IMG/VR virus record: IMGVR_UViG_3300046010_000754
Span: 1,910-65,909 of that record
Length of the DNA: 64,000 bases
From: a virus
Lineage: Duplodnaviria; Caudoviricetes
Strand: one strand, 5' to 3'
Below the pieces are notes generated by a model that saw only the letters and a list, made by a program, of their open reading frames with translations, had not been told where the DNA came from and did no database searches. The translations under genes were made by a program, and so were the position numbers. How positions within the stretch are numbered: position 1 is the stretch's first letter; each line of letters starts with the position of its first letter. Below are positions 40,201-48,221 of the stretch, piece by piece.

Positions 40201-40611
40201 GGTGCCAACACCCTGCGCGGCGACCCCATCACGGGTGACATCAGCGCGTACAACGCTGGCGCACAGTTCCTCGGGTTTGCACCTGCCGAGTACACACGTC
40301 AGTTGGAAATCAACGCCTCTGAGAAAAACATCGAGCGTCGAGCACTCAAGGAGCGCACCAAGATTCTGCGTGACTACTACGTTTCCGCACGTGTTGGTGA
40401 TTCCGAGGGGATGTCAGACGCGATTGAAGACATGCTGAAGTACAGCAATCGGCACCCCACCCATGCAATTACTGCCGATACCGTGAGCAGGTCTATGGCT
40501 CAACACATGAAGACATCACAAGAGATGTACCACGGTGTGACGCTCAACAAGAAGTTGCGGTCTGAGTTGTTAGCGGACGCCGCCGAGTTTGATGGCGACT
40601 TCTTCGAGTGA
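34264..40611 (+). CDS. Large polyvalent ejection protein with zincin metallopeptidase domain
   Basis: 2115 aa; G/A-rich hydrophobic N-terminus; LLHEAVHA...DEFVAEAF (37471-37620); last gene of the virion operon, like gp16-type proteins. Confidence 0.75.
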   Translation: MDFQTALAAMRNAEAAGNFEDAKTLAQLAQRLRNSSPEESDLESRLQQLRAEREELLKPKPTVGGYAKEAFKGLVPGAIGLAETAGTGIASMLPDSTEKAAREKIKELAGLAKKPFEAAPGYEDSVVRKLSEGLGSTLPFFAAGPFGLAGRVAAGGLGVAAGAGEARESAEAKGATADERRAATLLGAPTGLLDLLAPQLGPLKKVLGKELSSVQSLMGTAVARGGIEGATEAAQKIAQNLIAKGVYDPSQEILVGSGEEGAYGAGVGALASLIVDMTIGRKARRASLGLDKETPETDTKPKTPEQQLLGYTAEPFTPVALPDGSVITSKAEYDEYVKSKEGTARQREEDLRTSDPLAALSSFDRTLARRGKEAALEETFKSQEPDLLGELTPARERVEEQPKAEEDPFAVKRDDKTRDMIDELETQQVEELYAKDERAAAEKERLKFESDLAELTGKMERKQEKTSEDNRLQLLLPIVESNVKNIPKVFVTELKRAGFTNTNLTDRERNLINRAYDIRLAEEPVAEAEQEVQATEGQKKELRSIESLIPEKKPQRAQEQMGFPGMGKPKGAAPQAFSEEELASQEKPFTGRSDEAPRSYTSTAPFQTVLTPEVLTAAGLPKQSGFYKQLLNMDMADTAQQPVVANIFGRIRTNPNLSAPTKDAVEKLAMQAFGGLAKQGDMFVPAKPTKAAKEDKKDATATKPAAGKSAERGRDKDAGDVAGGTGTRAEDRKESGRKDERTGAPADTKRTEAPKSAGLGDRGKPAGDAGSRASVESGALKKTEPKTEAKTKSTVDVAWGMLQRAEAAQREADEAAKGKPEAKTEAKGKAKTEAKPKPNASFGAYGQVMEAESKSDALDYLAYDMYVAMFEKFKLLTRVSTLNDINAQLREGKLPGEVAFGREGTTSIVPLSGGKYAKTFYESLSAADKKALARKMADYFGKSETEVRRGIESANAAQALSRANVEQFKGDELELARDAVVLSLPLHPAIRKALKAGDLRGALTMLGSQNLGRASEVAKKLAGAIGKTKIELEPMLLNAEDIPVAGLYDPKTDTIKLDAQEGMNLHVLLHEAVHAATSHVIDNKSHPVTKQLTELYNNVKDSLDTAYGAQSLDEFVAEAFSNPEFQQKLAAINPKGEAITAWQRFTHAIRNFVRSLMGKDTKGMGSALDASDSMIDAILSPAPESRGAGSLYSAALLGKGAEVFKGIDNRILSMPVMNNDTIARVYDMVRNAPQTVKKIILRSLPLNVLTEVASKDVPMASKLNELERLWNGAKDKRMRETNATMSRIQNWVKGNPEKEVILNNVIATSTLEQVDPSKSRADYKGKQSESGADKQKIWDELQAEWSKLGPEGQSVYKQMRDTYKKTYEDLLDLLMKRIDDSVENKEDAKKLRTEIYQRLATKGKIEPYFPLTRTGDFRLSYDLKGEHYVEHYETSVARERAIKELETAGGAKNVQRFKGGSKRTYKDAPSTSFVNSILRTLEANKVDPEVTDEIMRTFLSTLPESSFAQAFRARKNTPGFSFNATGAFYSRSMSMAHQLPNMEYSAKAYKLRDEIDEYAKKKGDEQTRLVADELNSHIQTLVSPNIAPWSKGVTSLVFGWTLGLNVSSAVVNMSQVPLVMLPYLGGKYTYPETMKAIGFATKVFMGSGRKRMVKMTVPTADGKETIEQTGGFSLDNYDFDAKGTPPEIKRLKELSEIADKYGLLDRSMTSDMLDMNEKASPLDRVNAWSGFIFHHGERMNRQISLIASYELELGRMAKEGKKIDAAARTEAAKRAVEIAEIMNGGASASSAPLLAKNSLGKIMFMYKRYGVTMYYMMFKTAREAMKSEDKKVRDAAMRQIAGIYASAGLMAGVQGLPMFGIVAAVYNMFKDDDEDDFETAARKYLKEGMFNGAVNYFTGTAVANRIGLSDLLINSTGYKEQDNAILSFLQLVGGPAYGVADRLVQGAKLISEGETLRGLERMAPSGAANAMKGIRFGTEGANTLRGDPITGDISAYNAGAQFLGFAPAEYTRQLEINASEKNIERRALKERTKILRDYYVSARVGDSEGMSDAIEDMLKYSNRHPTHAITADTVSRSMAQHMKTSQEMYHGVTLNKKLRSELLADAAEFDGDFFE

Positions 40612-40612
40612 T

Positions 40613-40645
40613 AAAAAAGCCCCCACCTATACTGGGGTGGGGGCT
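40613..40645 (-). terminator. Intrinsic terminator at the convergence of the two genome arms
   Basis: 10-bp stem AGCCCCCACC/GGTGGGGGCT with a 6-T tail on the - strand. Confidence 0.88.
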
Positions 40646-40690
40646 AATCCTCTTTCCAAGGAGAAACGAAGTGACATCCACAATGTCAAG
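40613..40690 (-). ncRNA. Candidate small RNA antisense to the shared early/middle-gene RBS motif
   Basis: Extended -10 TGtGATAAT (40704-40696), 5' hairpin UGACAU/AUGUCA, seed CACUUCGUUUCUCCUUG (40673-40657), terminator. Confidence 0.5.
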
Positions 40691-40699
40691 GCGATATTA

Positions 40700-40963
40700 T
40701 CACAGTCGTCTCCAAATGCGAACCCCCCAGCGTCCGTCTTCAATGCCGGGGCGGTAGTGGACGACCCACTCCCACGAAGATGTTATCTGGTGAACCTGAC
40801 GTACGAGTTCCAGCGTGTTCACGCAGGGGATAAACACGGAGGCTCCCGCAGGGAACTTGTCCCAGCGGACGACGATTCGCACCCCATCGGGTGCGAGATC
40901 ATCAAGCCTGACCCTGTTTCTCGAACAGCGCGGCGGTTGTCGCCAGAGCTTGCTCAGTTTCAT
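40700..40963 (-). CDS. Small hypothetical protein (possible DNA-binding)
   Basis: 87 aa, overlaps primase end; WDKFPAGASVFIPC...GVRIWR. Confidence 0.6.
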   Translation of the reverse strand: MKLSKLWRQPPRCSRNRVRLDDLAPDGVRIVVRWDKFPAGASVFIPCVNTLELVRQVHQITSSWEWVVHYRPGIEDGRWGVRIWRRL

Positions 40964-43757
40964 CGGTCATAAATCCTGAACAGTCCAACACCAGAACATC
41001 GGTTGGCGGCATGTTGATGTGGGTGCCCTTACCGAGCCGAACCTTGGCCTTGACCGCCTTGGTGCCCCCTGTCTTCAGCCCGTCAACGAACCCAGCGTAG
41101 TTGATCTGTTGCTTACCGCACCATGCCTTGAGGGGCTTGATCAGCAAGTACAGCTTCTTCACATCGTATTCGTACCGTGCAACGAACTGCCCACGTGGGG
41201 AACTGTCGGGCACCACGATCTTGTCGAGCGCACCAGCAGAGTTCCGTGCATCCTCAGTCGAGGTGATGCGGAGCATGTTGTTGTAGTTCTCAGCGATGTA
41301 GTCAGTCAGTTGGGCCTCAACATCCACGTTCATCTCACCAACAATCGCTTTGGCCTCGGCCATCACGTTGACAATCCACTGCACAATCGGCGCGATCTGC
41401 CAGTTGATCAGGCCAGCTTTCTTGGCCAGCATCAGACCTGCGATGGTGCGTGAAGCCAAGGCAGACCAGTAGCGGTTCTCAGCAGACAGACGCGATGCCG
41501 AATCGAGTTTGCGTTGCACCGTCATGGCGAGTTCTTTGACCGCATCCAAGTTGTTCAGGACGTACTGGAGGTAGACCACACCAGCATGCCCAAAGTTGTC
41601 CTTGATCGCGGCGCTGAAGACATCGGTCTCGGACTTGGTTGCGAACTTCACGGGCTCGACACGATACTCAAGCACCCGCTGGGCTTCCGCTTGTGGCAGA
41701 GCTTTGAACAGTGCGATGCGTTCAAGCATTGAGGTGTTACCCGTGGTGCCGAACAGAGTCTTCCATGGCTTACCACGCACGCGCTCGACGTTGCCCTTCG
41801 GCCCCATGCGGTTGCGTTGCAGACCGCTCGGCAGTTGGTACGCAAAGTCCGACAGGTCTTGCGGCTTGGTGTTGGTCATCTCGTCCATGTAGCAGACGAT
41901 GTTCTTGTACACCTCGGCACGGTTCATCTTCGAGTTGAAGGTGTCGCGCTCTTGCATCACCAACAGGTCAGGGTCACCCCAGATAGATGCACCTGCGTAC
42001 ATGGCCGTGGTCTTGCCCAAGCCAGAGCCTTTGCTCCATGCGTGGAAAGCGGCGGCGTTGATCGGCTGGAACTCCATGAGGACGGAGCCCAGCGACAGCC
42101 CGAACATGAATTGGTGCAACTCCATGTTGGGTTGGTTGTAAAACTCCATGGTCTGCTTCCACTTGTCCAAGGTGCCCTTGGACTTGAAGATCGGGAACAG
42201 GCCCACGGTAGCGCCAGAAGGCGAACTCACCTCAACACGGTCTTTGTAAACTTCCATGTTGCCAACTACGAACGACTCGTGCTTGTCGTCCTTCCATCCG
42301 AATTGCCGACACGCTTCGTCGGCTTCGGAGCCAAACTGTAACTCGTTAACCCATCGCATTGTGTACTCCATCAGTTCTTGTACGTTCAGGACTGCCACCC
42401 CCTGTGCCGCAAGGTGTTTGCGAAACTCATCCTTCGTACCCACGGCAGTCAGCGGTAACGTGAACTCACGCACCCCGTCTTTGGGCAAGTGCAAGCGCAT
42501 CACAAGTGACTCACCTGCTTCGGGGTCTTTGATGCGCCGTATGACGTACAGGTCGTTGAAGTAGACCAGCACATCTTTGTCTTCGCCCTCAGTGTTCTTG
42601 GAGTGCTTGAACACCCCACCACTCTTGCCCCTGAAGTACGGGTGCGGGTACTTGGGGATGACGTACCGAATCGGCGTAGCCGCAGTCACGTCCAGTGGTT
42701 TTTCAATGACGATGTTGTCGGACTCGTCAGCTTCCTCCACCTCACGCCCGAGGGTGATCGGTGACTTGATCTTGTTCCAGTGCTTGCAGTCAGGGCAGAC
42801 ACCTGCGCGGTACTCGTCAAACCGTGTGCACAGGTATGGGCCTTTGATCAGGTCAACCTTCTGCTCGGTGCCTTCCGGTGTGTACTCGGGGTGCTTGACA
42901 GAAATCTTGTGGATTGCTTTGCCACCATCGACACAGAACTTGGCAATCGACAGCCCAGCCCTCCACAGAGGCTCCGAGATGTTCGGTTGGTTGTTGACCA
43001 CTTCCCTGAGTTGTTCGCACCCAGTACCCGCCATGGTCTTGATCAAGATGGTCTTGAACCGACTCACGAAACTGCCCGACAGGGCTTGCATCATGGCGTC
43101 TTGTTGTTGGGGTACGTACTTCTTAGGGGGCACCAAGATTGACGAGTCGTCCCCCATGAGGTCACGGAACACGTCGAACTCAACTGGTGCACCAGCCTCG
43201 CCCACCAAGCCCACGGGCGTAGGAGGGTCGGTCTTGTAGTTGTGCGTATTGGGCACCCGCAACACACGCGCCGCATCCGCTGGCACAGCGGGGTCGTTAC
43301 GCATCCCTTGCTTGGCGCACAGGCGTTTGAATTGCTCCGCGACAGGCACCCATGTTTCACGTGAAACAGGCGCGGTCAACGGCCAATACACGTGGATACC
43401 ACGCCCCGAATTTACGATGGTCGGTCGCGGTAGCTTGAGTTCTTTACAGAACGTGCGTAGTGCGGCAAGAGCTTCGCTCTGTGTCGCGTAGTCTTTTGTT
43501 GGCCCACAGTCAAGGTCAAGAAAGAATGATCTAAGTTGCTTTACGTTGGGTGCCTTGCGAGACCCTGCTTGGTCAAAAGTGCCCAACGCAAAATAAGCGT
43601 CATACCCTTCAGCATCTAAATTGTGAGCAGCATGGATTGCGGCATCGAGGTTGTCGTAGAACTTCTGAACCTTGCGATCATCGGATGGCCGATACGCAAA
43701 TATGCAGTAGTGTCCTTCGTCCCCCAGTACCGACTCCAGAAATGTTTTTGTTTCCAT
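40902..43757 (-). CDS. Primase-helicase: N-terminal primase (AEP/RepB-like), Cys cluster, DUF927/Cch-like helicase
   Basis: FFLDLD, VNSGRGIHVYW, DAARVLRVP; C..C..C cluster; Walker A GSGLGKTT, Walker B YMDE, NFGHAG. Confidence 0.85.
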   Translation of the reverse strand: METKTFLESVLGDEGHYCIFAYRPSDDRKVQKFYDNLDAAIHAAHNLDAEGYDAYFALGTFDQAGSRKAPNVKQLRSFFLDLDCGPTKDYATQSEALAALRTFCKELKLPRPTIVNSGRGIHVYWPLTAPVSRETWVPVAEQFKRLCAKQGMRNDPAVPADAARVLRVPNTHNYKTDPPTPVGLVGEAGAPVEFDVFRDLMGDDSSILVPPKKYVPQQQDAMMQALSGSFVSRFKTILIKTMAGTGCEQLREVVNNQPNISEPLWRAGLSIAKFCVDGGKAIHKISVKHPEYTPEGTEQKVDLIKGPYLCTRFDEYRAGVCPDCKHWNKIKSPITLGREVEEADESDNIVIEKPLDVTAATPIRYVIPKYPHPYFRGKSGGVFKHSKNTEGEDKDVLVYFNDLYVIRRIKDPEAGESLVMRLHLPKDGVREFTLPLTAVGTKDEFRKHLAAQGVAVLNVQELMEYTMRWVNELQFGSEADEACRQFGWKDDKHESFVVGNMEVYKDRVEVSSPSGATVGLFPIFKSKGTLDKWKQTMEFYNQPNMELHQFMFGLSLGSVLMEFQPINAAAFHAWSKGSGLGKTTAMYAGASIWGDPDLLVMQERDTFNSKMNRAEVYKNIVCYMDEMTNTKPQDLSDFAYQLPSGLQRNRMGPKGNVERVRGKPWKTLFGTTGNTSMLERIALFKALPQAEAQRVLEYRVEPVKFATKSETDVFSAAIKDNFGHAGVVYLQYVLNNLDAVKELAMTVQRKLDSASRLSAENRYWSALASRTIAGLMLAKKAGLINWQIAPIVQWIVNVMAEAKAIVGEMNVDVEAQLTDYIAENYNNMLRITSTEDARNSAGALDKIVVPDSSPRGQFVARYEYDVKKLYLLIKPLKAWCGKQQINYAGFVDGLKTGGTKAVKAKVRLGKGTHINMPPTDVLVLDCSGFMTDETEQALATTAALFEKQGQA

Positions 43758-43790
43758 AGCCGCCGATAGTTAGAGTGAATGAGATAACCG

Positions 43791-43819
43791 AAAAGAAAGG
43801 GTGGGGAGCGACCCCACCC
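43791..43819 (-). terminator. Intrinsic terminator between the SSB-like gene and primase
   Basis: GGGTGGGG-TCGCT-CCCCACCC followed by TTTCTTTT on the - strand. Confidence 0.75.
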
Positions 43820-43828
43820 CGAAACTAA

Positions 43829-44752
43829 TCAGTCGTCCCAATCTCCAACAATGTCGCTCAACTCAGACTTCGGCTCAGCGGCAGGTGCGGCTTTCTTGGT
43901 GACCTTGATCGGCTCAGCCACTTCTTCAGCCTCGACCTTCTCAGCTTTCGGTGCGGCCTTGGCTTCTGGCTTTGGCTCAGCCTTGGGCGCAGGTTCGTCG
44001 AACAACTTGGGTGCGGGAATCACGCCATCCATTTGCGACACGTTCATGGTGATCGCCTTGATGGTGTCAGGGTGGTTCTGCAACTTCACTGCGGTTGCCA
44101 ACTCGTCTTCTTCCAGTGCACGCACGGGGCTGAACACCAGCTTGGGAGTCGCGCTGTCGATGTCGAAACGCATCTCGGTCACGATGGAAATCGCAGGAGT
44201 GTTGTACGCCTTGAGGTGACGACCGTAGGCTTGCAGTGGCATCTTCTTACCCTCTGCATCACCGAACACAGATGTCGATGGCAACGTGACTTGGTACACG
44301 GCTTCTTTGTGCAACTCGCCATCGAGCGCCACGGCAATACGCTGTTGGAAACGGCATGCGCGAGTGTCGCCTTGGCCAGAGCCCTTGATGTGTTGCTTGC
44401 AGTCCTTGCAGAACTTGGCTTGGCGTTGGTCTTCGGGCACTGCCTTGTCGGGGCTTTGTGTGTCGCTCGACCAGCACGTTGGCTTGGTCTTCTGACCTTT
44501 GACGTACGTGCCTTCAAAGAACATACGGGACACAGGTGCGGCGTTGATCAGGATGACTTTCATCGAGCGTTCTTCGCTCACACGCACTTCCTTGCCACCG
44601 ATGTACTCGCGGAAAGCGCCGCCTTCAATGCTGATGCGCTTGTTGCCGCTACCACCACCAGCGAGGGTGCTTGTCAGGCTGTCTTCGATACCGCTCAGCA
44701 GGGCGAGGGCGGCGTTGTTGGGCTTGCCAAACAGGGTCATTTCGTTGCTCAT
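43829..44752 (-). CDS. Putative single-stranded DNA-binding/recombination protein
   Basis: RISIEGG.FR, CWS...C..C..GSG...AC zinc site, flexible P/A/K/E linker, acidic tail ending WDD; in replication cluster. Confidence 0.6.
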   Translation of the reverse strand: MSNEMTLFGKPNNAALALLSGIEDSLTSTLAGGGSGNKRISIEGGAFREYIGGKEVRVSEERSMKVILINAAPVSRMFFEGTYVKGQKTKPTCWSSDTQSPDKAVPEDQRQAKFCKDCKQHIKGSGQGDTRACRFQQRIAVALDGELHKEAVYQVTLPSTSVFGDAEGKKMPLQAYGRHLKAYNTPAISIVTEMRFDIDSATPKLVFSPVRALEEDELATAVKLQNHPDTIKAITMNVSQMDGVIPAPKLFDEPAPKAEPKPEAKAAPKAEKVEAEEVAEPIKVTKKAAPAAEPKSELSDIVGDWDD

Positions 44753-44766
44753 TTTCGTTTCTCCAG

Positions 44767-45030
44767 TTAAATGTCTTCGTCAGGGTTGTTGAACACCAGT
44801 TCGAGTTGAACAGGTGCGTGGGGGTCTACGGCCTTCGGTTCTTCCGGTTCGTCCTTGGGTACGCTTGAAAGAGCCTTGATCACCGCAGGTACGTTGAAGC
44901 GGTATGTGTTACCAATCTTCAGATACGTGTCTTTGGGGATGTAGCCCTGTCGCACCCATGCACGAACGGTGGAGACCGAAACCGTAAATTGCTTGGCCAA
45001 GTCTTCGATTGGCACAAAAGGTTCGCTCAT
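44767..45030 (-). CDS. Helix-turn-helix (excisionase/MerR-like) DNA-binding protein
   Basis: IEDLAKQFTVSVSTVRAWVRQGYIP...IGNTYRF. Confidence 0.82.
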   Translation of the reverse strand: MSEPFVPIEDLAKQFTVSVSTVRAWVRQGYIPKDTYLKIGNTYRFNVPAVIKALSSVPKDEPEEPKAVDPHAPVQLELVFNNPDEDI

Positions 45031-45458
45031 TACTTCCTCCGTACGGTGATGGTGTATTCGCTGTCCACGTTGAGTCCCGGTGGTAGCGTGTCAGGGTTGG
45101 CCTCAAGGAACTCTTTGAGGTTGGTTTGGTGAATGCGCTCGTGCAGTAACTGCGGCGCATTGTGTTCGACGATGAACTTGTGCATGGCTTCCCAGTTGTT
45201 CGTCCAGTAGTTCACCTTGACGGTGCGGTAGAACAAGCCTTCACCTGTTCGCACACTGTCCACGTTCTGGTCTTTGCAGAACGCCAAGAGCGCAGACTTT
45301 ACCTTAACCATCTGGGCGCTGAGCTTCTTTTCTTCGGCCTCATAAGCAATACGCATCTCGTCGTGCTTGGCCTTCATCTTGAGGTACACCTTGACCAGCT
45401 TCTCAGGGGCTACGGCGGGGGCTTCTGCGGGTGCGGGGGTGTCGGCTTGATCAGTCAT
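45030..45458 (-). CDS. Conserved phage replication-region coiled-coil protein
   Basis: GGAGG RBS; LVKVYLKMK coiled coil, SVRTGEG, PPGLNV. Confidence 0.7.
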   Translation of the reverse strand: MTDQADTPAPAEAPAVAPEKLVKVYLKMKAKHDEMRIAYEAEEKKLSAQMVKVKSALLAFCKDQNVDSVRTGEGLFYRTVKVNYWTNNWEAMHKFIVEHNAPQLLHERIHQTNLKEFLEANPDTLPPGLNVDSEYTITVRRK

Positions 45459-45732
45459 CGTTGGCCTCCGCATTCAATTTCTGTTGGGCGATGGCAAGGC
45501 CGTAGGCTTGCTTGGTCTGGTCGATGTAGTTCTCGAACGGCACACCATGCTCGACTGCGGCCAAGGCATAGATTTCAGCCAGTGCGGTCAGCAGAATCGG
45601 CGTGGTGATCTCGCGCTCTGCATGCACCTTGCGGATGCCCTGCATGATGGCAGTCTTGAGGTCTGTCATCGTGCGAACCGACTTCATCAGTTCCTCGGCA
45701 CGGCGTTGTTTGTAGTCTGGAATGTCTGACAC
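45451..45732 (-). CDS. Hypothetical protein
   Basis: GTG start with GGAGAACGAA RBS directly downstream of a sigma70 promoter. Confidence 0.65.
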   Translation of the reverse strand: MSDIPDYKQRRAEELMKSVRTMTDLKTAIMQGIRKVHAEREITTPILLTALAEIYALAAVEHGVPFENYIDQTKQAYGLAIAQQKLNAEANDD

Positions 45733-45761
45733 TTCGTTCTCCGTTTGTTGTTGGAATCTTT

Positions 45762-45790
45762 ATTATAGTGGCGTTTCACAACTTATTCAA
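45762..45790 (-). promoter_or_regulatory. Sigma70 promoter
   Basis: TTGAAT-17 nt-TATAAT. Confidence 0.75.
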
Positions 45791-47324
45791 GTATTTCTTT
45801 GTAAAGATCAACTATTTTTGAGTGAACGTCAATTTTGTTATCTAATAAGTTGTAAACGTGTCTTTCTACACCTGACCCCACCAGTTGTACCACTGTGGAT
45901 GGGTGGCGCTGGCCCGAGCGGTGGACACGGGCGTTGGCTTGGGCGTAGGTCTCAAGGGAGGATGTCGGCCCCCACCACACCACGGTGTTGGCGGCTGTGA
46001 GGGTCACACCGTGGGCGGCTGACTGAGGCTGAATCACAAGCACCTTGGTGCCGTTGGGTTCGGTCTGGAAGCGGTTGAAGATGTCGGTGCGCTTGGCCAC
46101 GGGCACGTCCCCACTGATCACCTCGGTCGTGTAGCCATCGGCGTTGAGCTTGTCGGTCAGGATGCTGATCACATGCTTGAACGGCACGAACACCAGCACC
46201 TTCTGGCTTGACTCGTCGATCACCTCGGTCAGCACGTTGTAGCGGTTCTTGATGTCGAACTCCAAGGTCTCGCCTGAGTCGGAGTACACCGCGCCACAAG
46301 ATATTTGCAGGAGCTTGCTCATGTTCACGGCGGCGTTGACTGACGTGATTTCTTCCCCTGCGGCTTGCACCACCATGCGGCTCTTGAGCATGCCGTAGTA
46401 GCGTTCCTGTTGCTTGGTCAATTCGACCTTGCGCTTGGTGTACGTCATCTCGGGCAGGTCAAGGCATTCCTCTTTGGTGTACCGGATGGCGGGTTGTAGG
46501 CTCTCGAACACGGTCTGCGTGGCGGTTTCTTTGGCAAGCCAACGGAAGTTGTTGAGCTTGATCATCACCATGTCGCGGAAGGTTGTGAAGAACTTGGGGA
46601 CACCCTGTGGGTTGACGAGCTTAGCAAGGCCGTACGCATCAAGGGGCGACTGAGCGGCGGGGGTGCCTGTCATCATCCAGAGCCATGTGTCGGTCTTGAC
46701 CAACGAGTTGAGCACCTTCCACCGCTTGGTCTGCACGTTCTTGTATGCGTTCGCCTCGTCAATGACGATCAGGTCAAAGCCGCCCTTGGCGATGTCCTCG
46801 GCGACGATCTCCACGCCGTCATAGTTGATGATCACGAACTCGGCTGTACCGTTGATGATGGCCCTGCGCTTTTCCTTGGCACCGTATGCGATGTCAACTG
46901 ATCGGTGCATGGCGAACTTGAACAGGTCGGCTCTCCATGCTGAGTCCATGATGGACAGGGGGCAGATCACAAGCACCCTGCGGATGCGTTTCTGTTTGAG
47001 GAGGTAGTCTGCCGCCCAGATGACTGACCCCGTTTTGCCCGTGCCCTGCTCGTTCAGGCAGAACGCTCGGCGGTTCATCGTGAGGAAGGCGGCTGTTGTC
47101 TTCTGATGGTCGAACGGCTTGTACTGACCGGGCCAGTCGTAGCGTCCCATGATGGGGGATGGCACGTTTTTCACGCGCAGATTCTTGAGGACTTGTGCCT
47201 CATCTAACCCCCAGTGCACCAACACTTGGTTGTTAGGGAGTTCCCTACTTTTAGGGATGACTGTGGTGACGCGATGCGGATTACGCAACGTCAACAACAG
47301 GGCTTTGTTGTCAATGATTTCCAA
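45783..47324 (-). CDS. SNF2-family (SF2) helicase
   Basis: EQGTGKT, IDEAN, MTGTP, HGVTLT, QANARVHRSGQ motifs; TTG start with GGAG RBS. Confidence 0.92.
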   Translation of the reverse strand: MEIIDNKALLLTLRNPHRVTTVIPKSRELPNNQVLVHWGLDEAQVLKNLRVKNVPSPIMGRYDWPGQYKPFDHQKTTAAFLTMNRRAFCLNEQGTGKTGSVIWAADYLLKQKRIRRVLVICPLSIMDSAWRADLFKFAMHRSVDIAYGAKEKRRAIINGTAEFVIINYDGVEIVAEDIAKGGFDLIVIDEANAYKNVQTKRWKVLNSLVKTDTWLWMMTGTPAAQSPLDAYGLAKLVNPQGVPKFFTTFRDMVMIKLNNFRWLAKETATQTVFESLQPAIRYTKEECLDLPEMTYTKRKVELTKQQERYYGMLKSRMVVQAAGEEITSVNAAVNMSKLLQISCGAVYSDSGETLEFDIKNRYNVLTEVIDESSQKVLVFVPFKHVISILTDKLNADGYTTEVISGDVPVAKRTDIFNRFQTEPNGTKVLVIQPQSAAHGVTLTAANTVVWWGPTSSLETYAQANARVHRSGQRHPSTVVQLVGSGVERHVYNLLDNKIDVHSKIVDLYKEILE

Positions 47325-47396
47325 TTCGTTCTCCAGCGCAAACGGATAACGGAGCGAAGTGGGTGTCCCACTCGCTCTCGTCGCCGTCGAAGTTCT

Positions 47397-47425
47397 AATC
47401 TAACCGAACGCGCAGGGCGCGTCAA
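47397..47425 (-). promoter_or_regulatory. Possible sigma70 promoter for helicase
   Basis: TTGACG-17 nt-TAGATT, followed by a leader hairpin at ~47352-47377. Confidence 0.5.
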
Positions 47426-47718
47426 GCGGGTTTCTTCCCGCCCTTTTCTTTTGTGCTGTGACCGTTACGTGCACGATTCTTGGAAGGTGCAACGATGCGC
47501 AGCCCGTCCTTGTTTGAGCCACCTTTGGATAACATCTTTACGTGGTCGATGTCCTTGCCTTCACGCTTGTCGGCTTTGCCGTTGCCGTTCTCGTCGGGGG
47601 AACTGGCATCAATCTTTCGCCTTGCGCGTTGGCGCTCCATGCGGTCGGGGTGTTCGCCCCGTTCCTTCTGCTTTTGGTACTCGGCCTTGTACGGGCGTGG
47701 TGATTTGGTGTATGGCAT
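47422..47718 (-). CDS. Small HNH endonuclease
   Basis: GKDIDHVKMLSKGGSN...NRARN. Confidence 0.8.
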   Translation of the reverse strand: MPYTKSPRPYKAEYQKQKERGEHPDRMERQRARRKIDASSPDENGNGKADKREGKDIDHVKMLSKGGSNKDGLRIVAPSKNRARNGHSTKEKGGKKPA

Positions 47719-47939
47719 TACTCGCCCCTCTCTTGCATCATGGCGTTCGCCATTTCATAGGCGTTACGGGCAACGTGGTCGGCATCGTAATCGACGTGCC
47801 CCCCATGTCCAGAAGCCGAAATAATGGCTTGCATAGCGGCCTTTGCAAACTCATCCCGTAGACGTTCGTAGTCGTCAAGTTCTGTACTCAAGTAGTCCAT
47901 GGCGGCGAGTTGTTCTTGCATAATTTCGTGGGTGTTCAT
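47718..47939 (-). CDS. Hypothetical protein (LRDEFAKAAMQA family)
   Basis: AGGAG RBS; motif LRD.FA..AMQ...AY.MA.AM common in small phage proteins. Confidence 0.7.
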   Translation of the reverse strand: MNTHEIMQEQLAAMDYLSTELDDYERLRDEFAKAAMQAIISASGHGGHVDYDADHVARNAYEMANAMMQERGE

Positions 47940-47948
47940 GATTGGCTC

Positions 47949-48221
47949 CTAATATCGGTTCAATTGTTCTGCGAGTTTATTTCTAATCTGGTGCATAAGA
48001 GAGCCATCTGACATGATGGCGTTGATCAACATGCTCTGCGCCACCTCACGGAGCCGTTCTTGGTTGTTGGTGTCATAGACACACTCAAGCTCCTCTACTT
48101 CCCAACGGTTGCTTGGATTTAAGGCTCGGCTGAGGGCGATCATGACGCGCTTGTCAACCTCCCTGCTCATCATCAAAGCAATGGTCGCGGTCTCTTGGTC
48201 AGGTAGGGTTGGTTCGCTCAT
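47949..48221 (-). CDS. Hypothetical protein
   Basis: ATG 48221 overlaps the nuclease stop (ATGA). Confidence 0.55.
   Translation of the reverse strand: MSEPTLPDQETATIALMMSREVDKRVMIALSRALNPSNRWEVEELECVYDTNNQERLREVAQSMLINAIMSDGSLMHQIRNKLAEQLNRY

Noticed and set aside
24110-40611. Virion RNA polymerase (N4-like) among the giant proteins, which would explain hairpin promoters
   Set aside because: No T7-type or DxDGD polymerase motifs recognised, and early genes already have consensus sigma70 promoters.
47232-47248. GTTAGGGAGTTCCCTAC resembling the dispersed palindrome
   Set aside because: Imperfect arms and spacing, inside helicase coding sequence; may be chance, so not counted. The same applies to the partial copy at 63953-63966.
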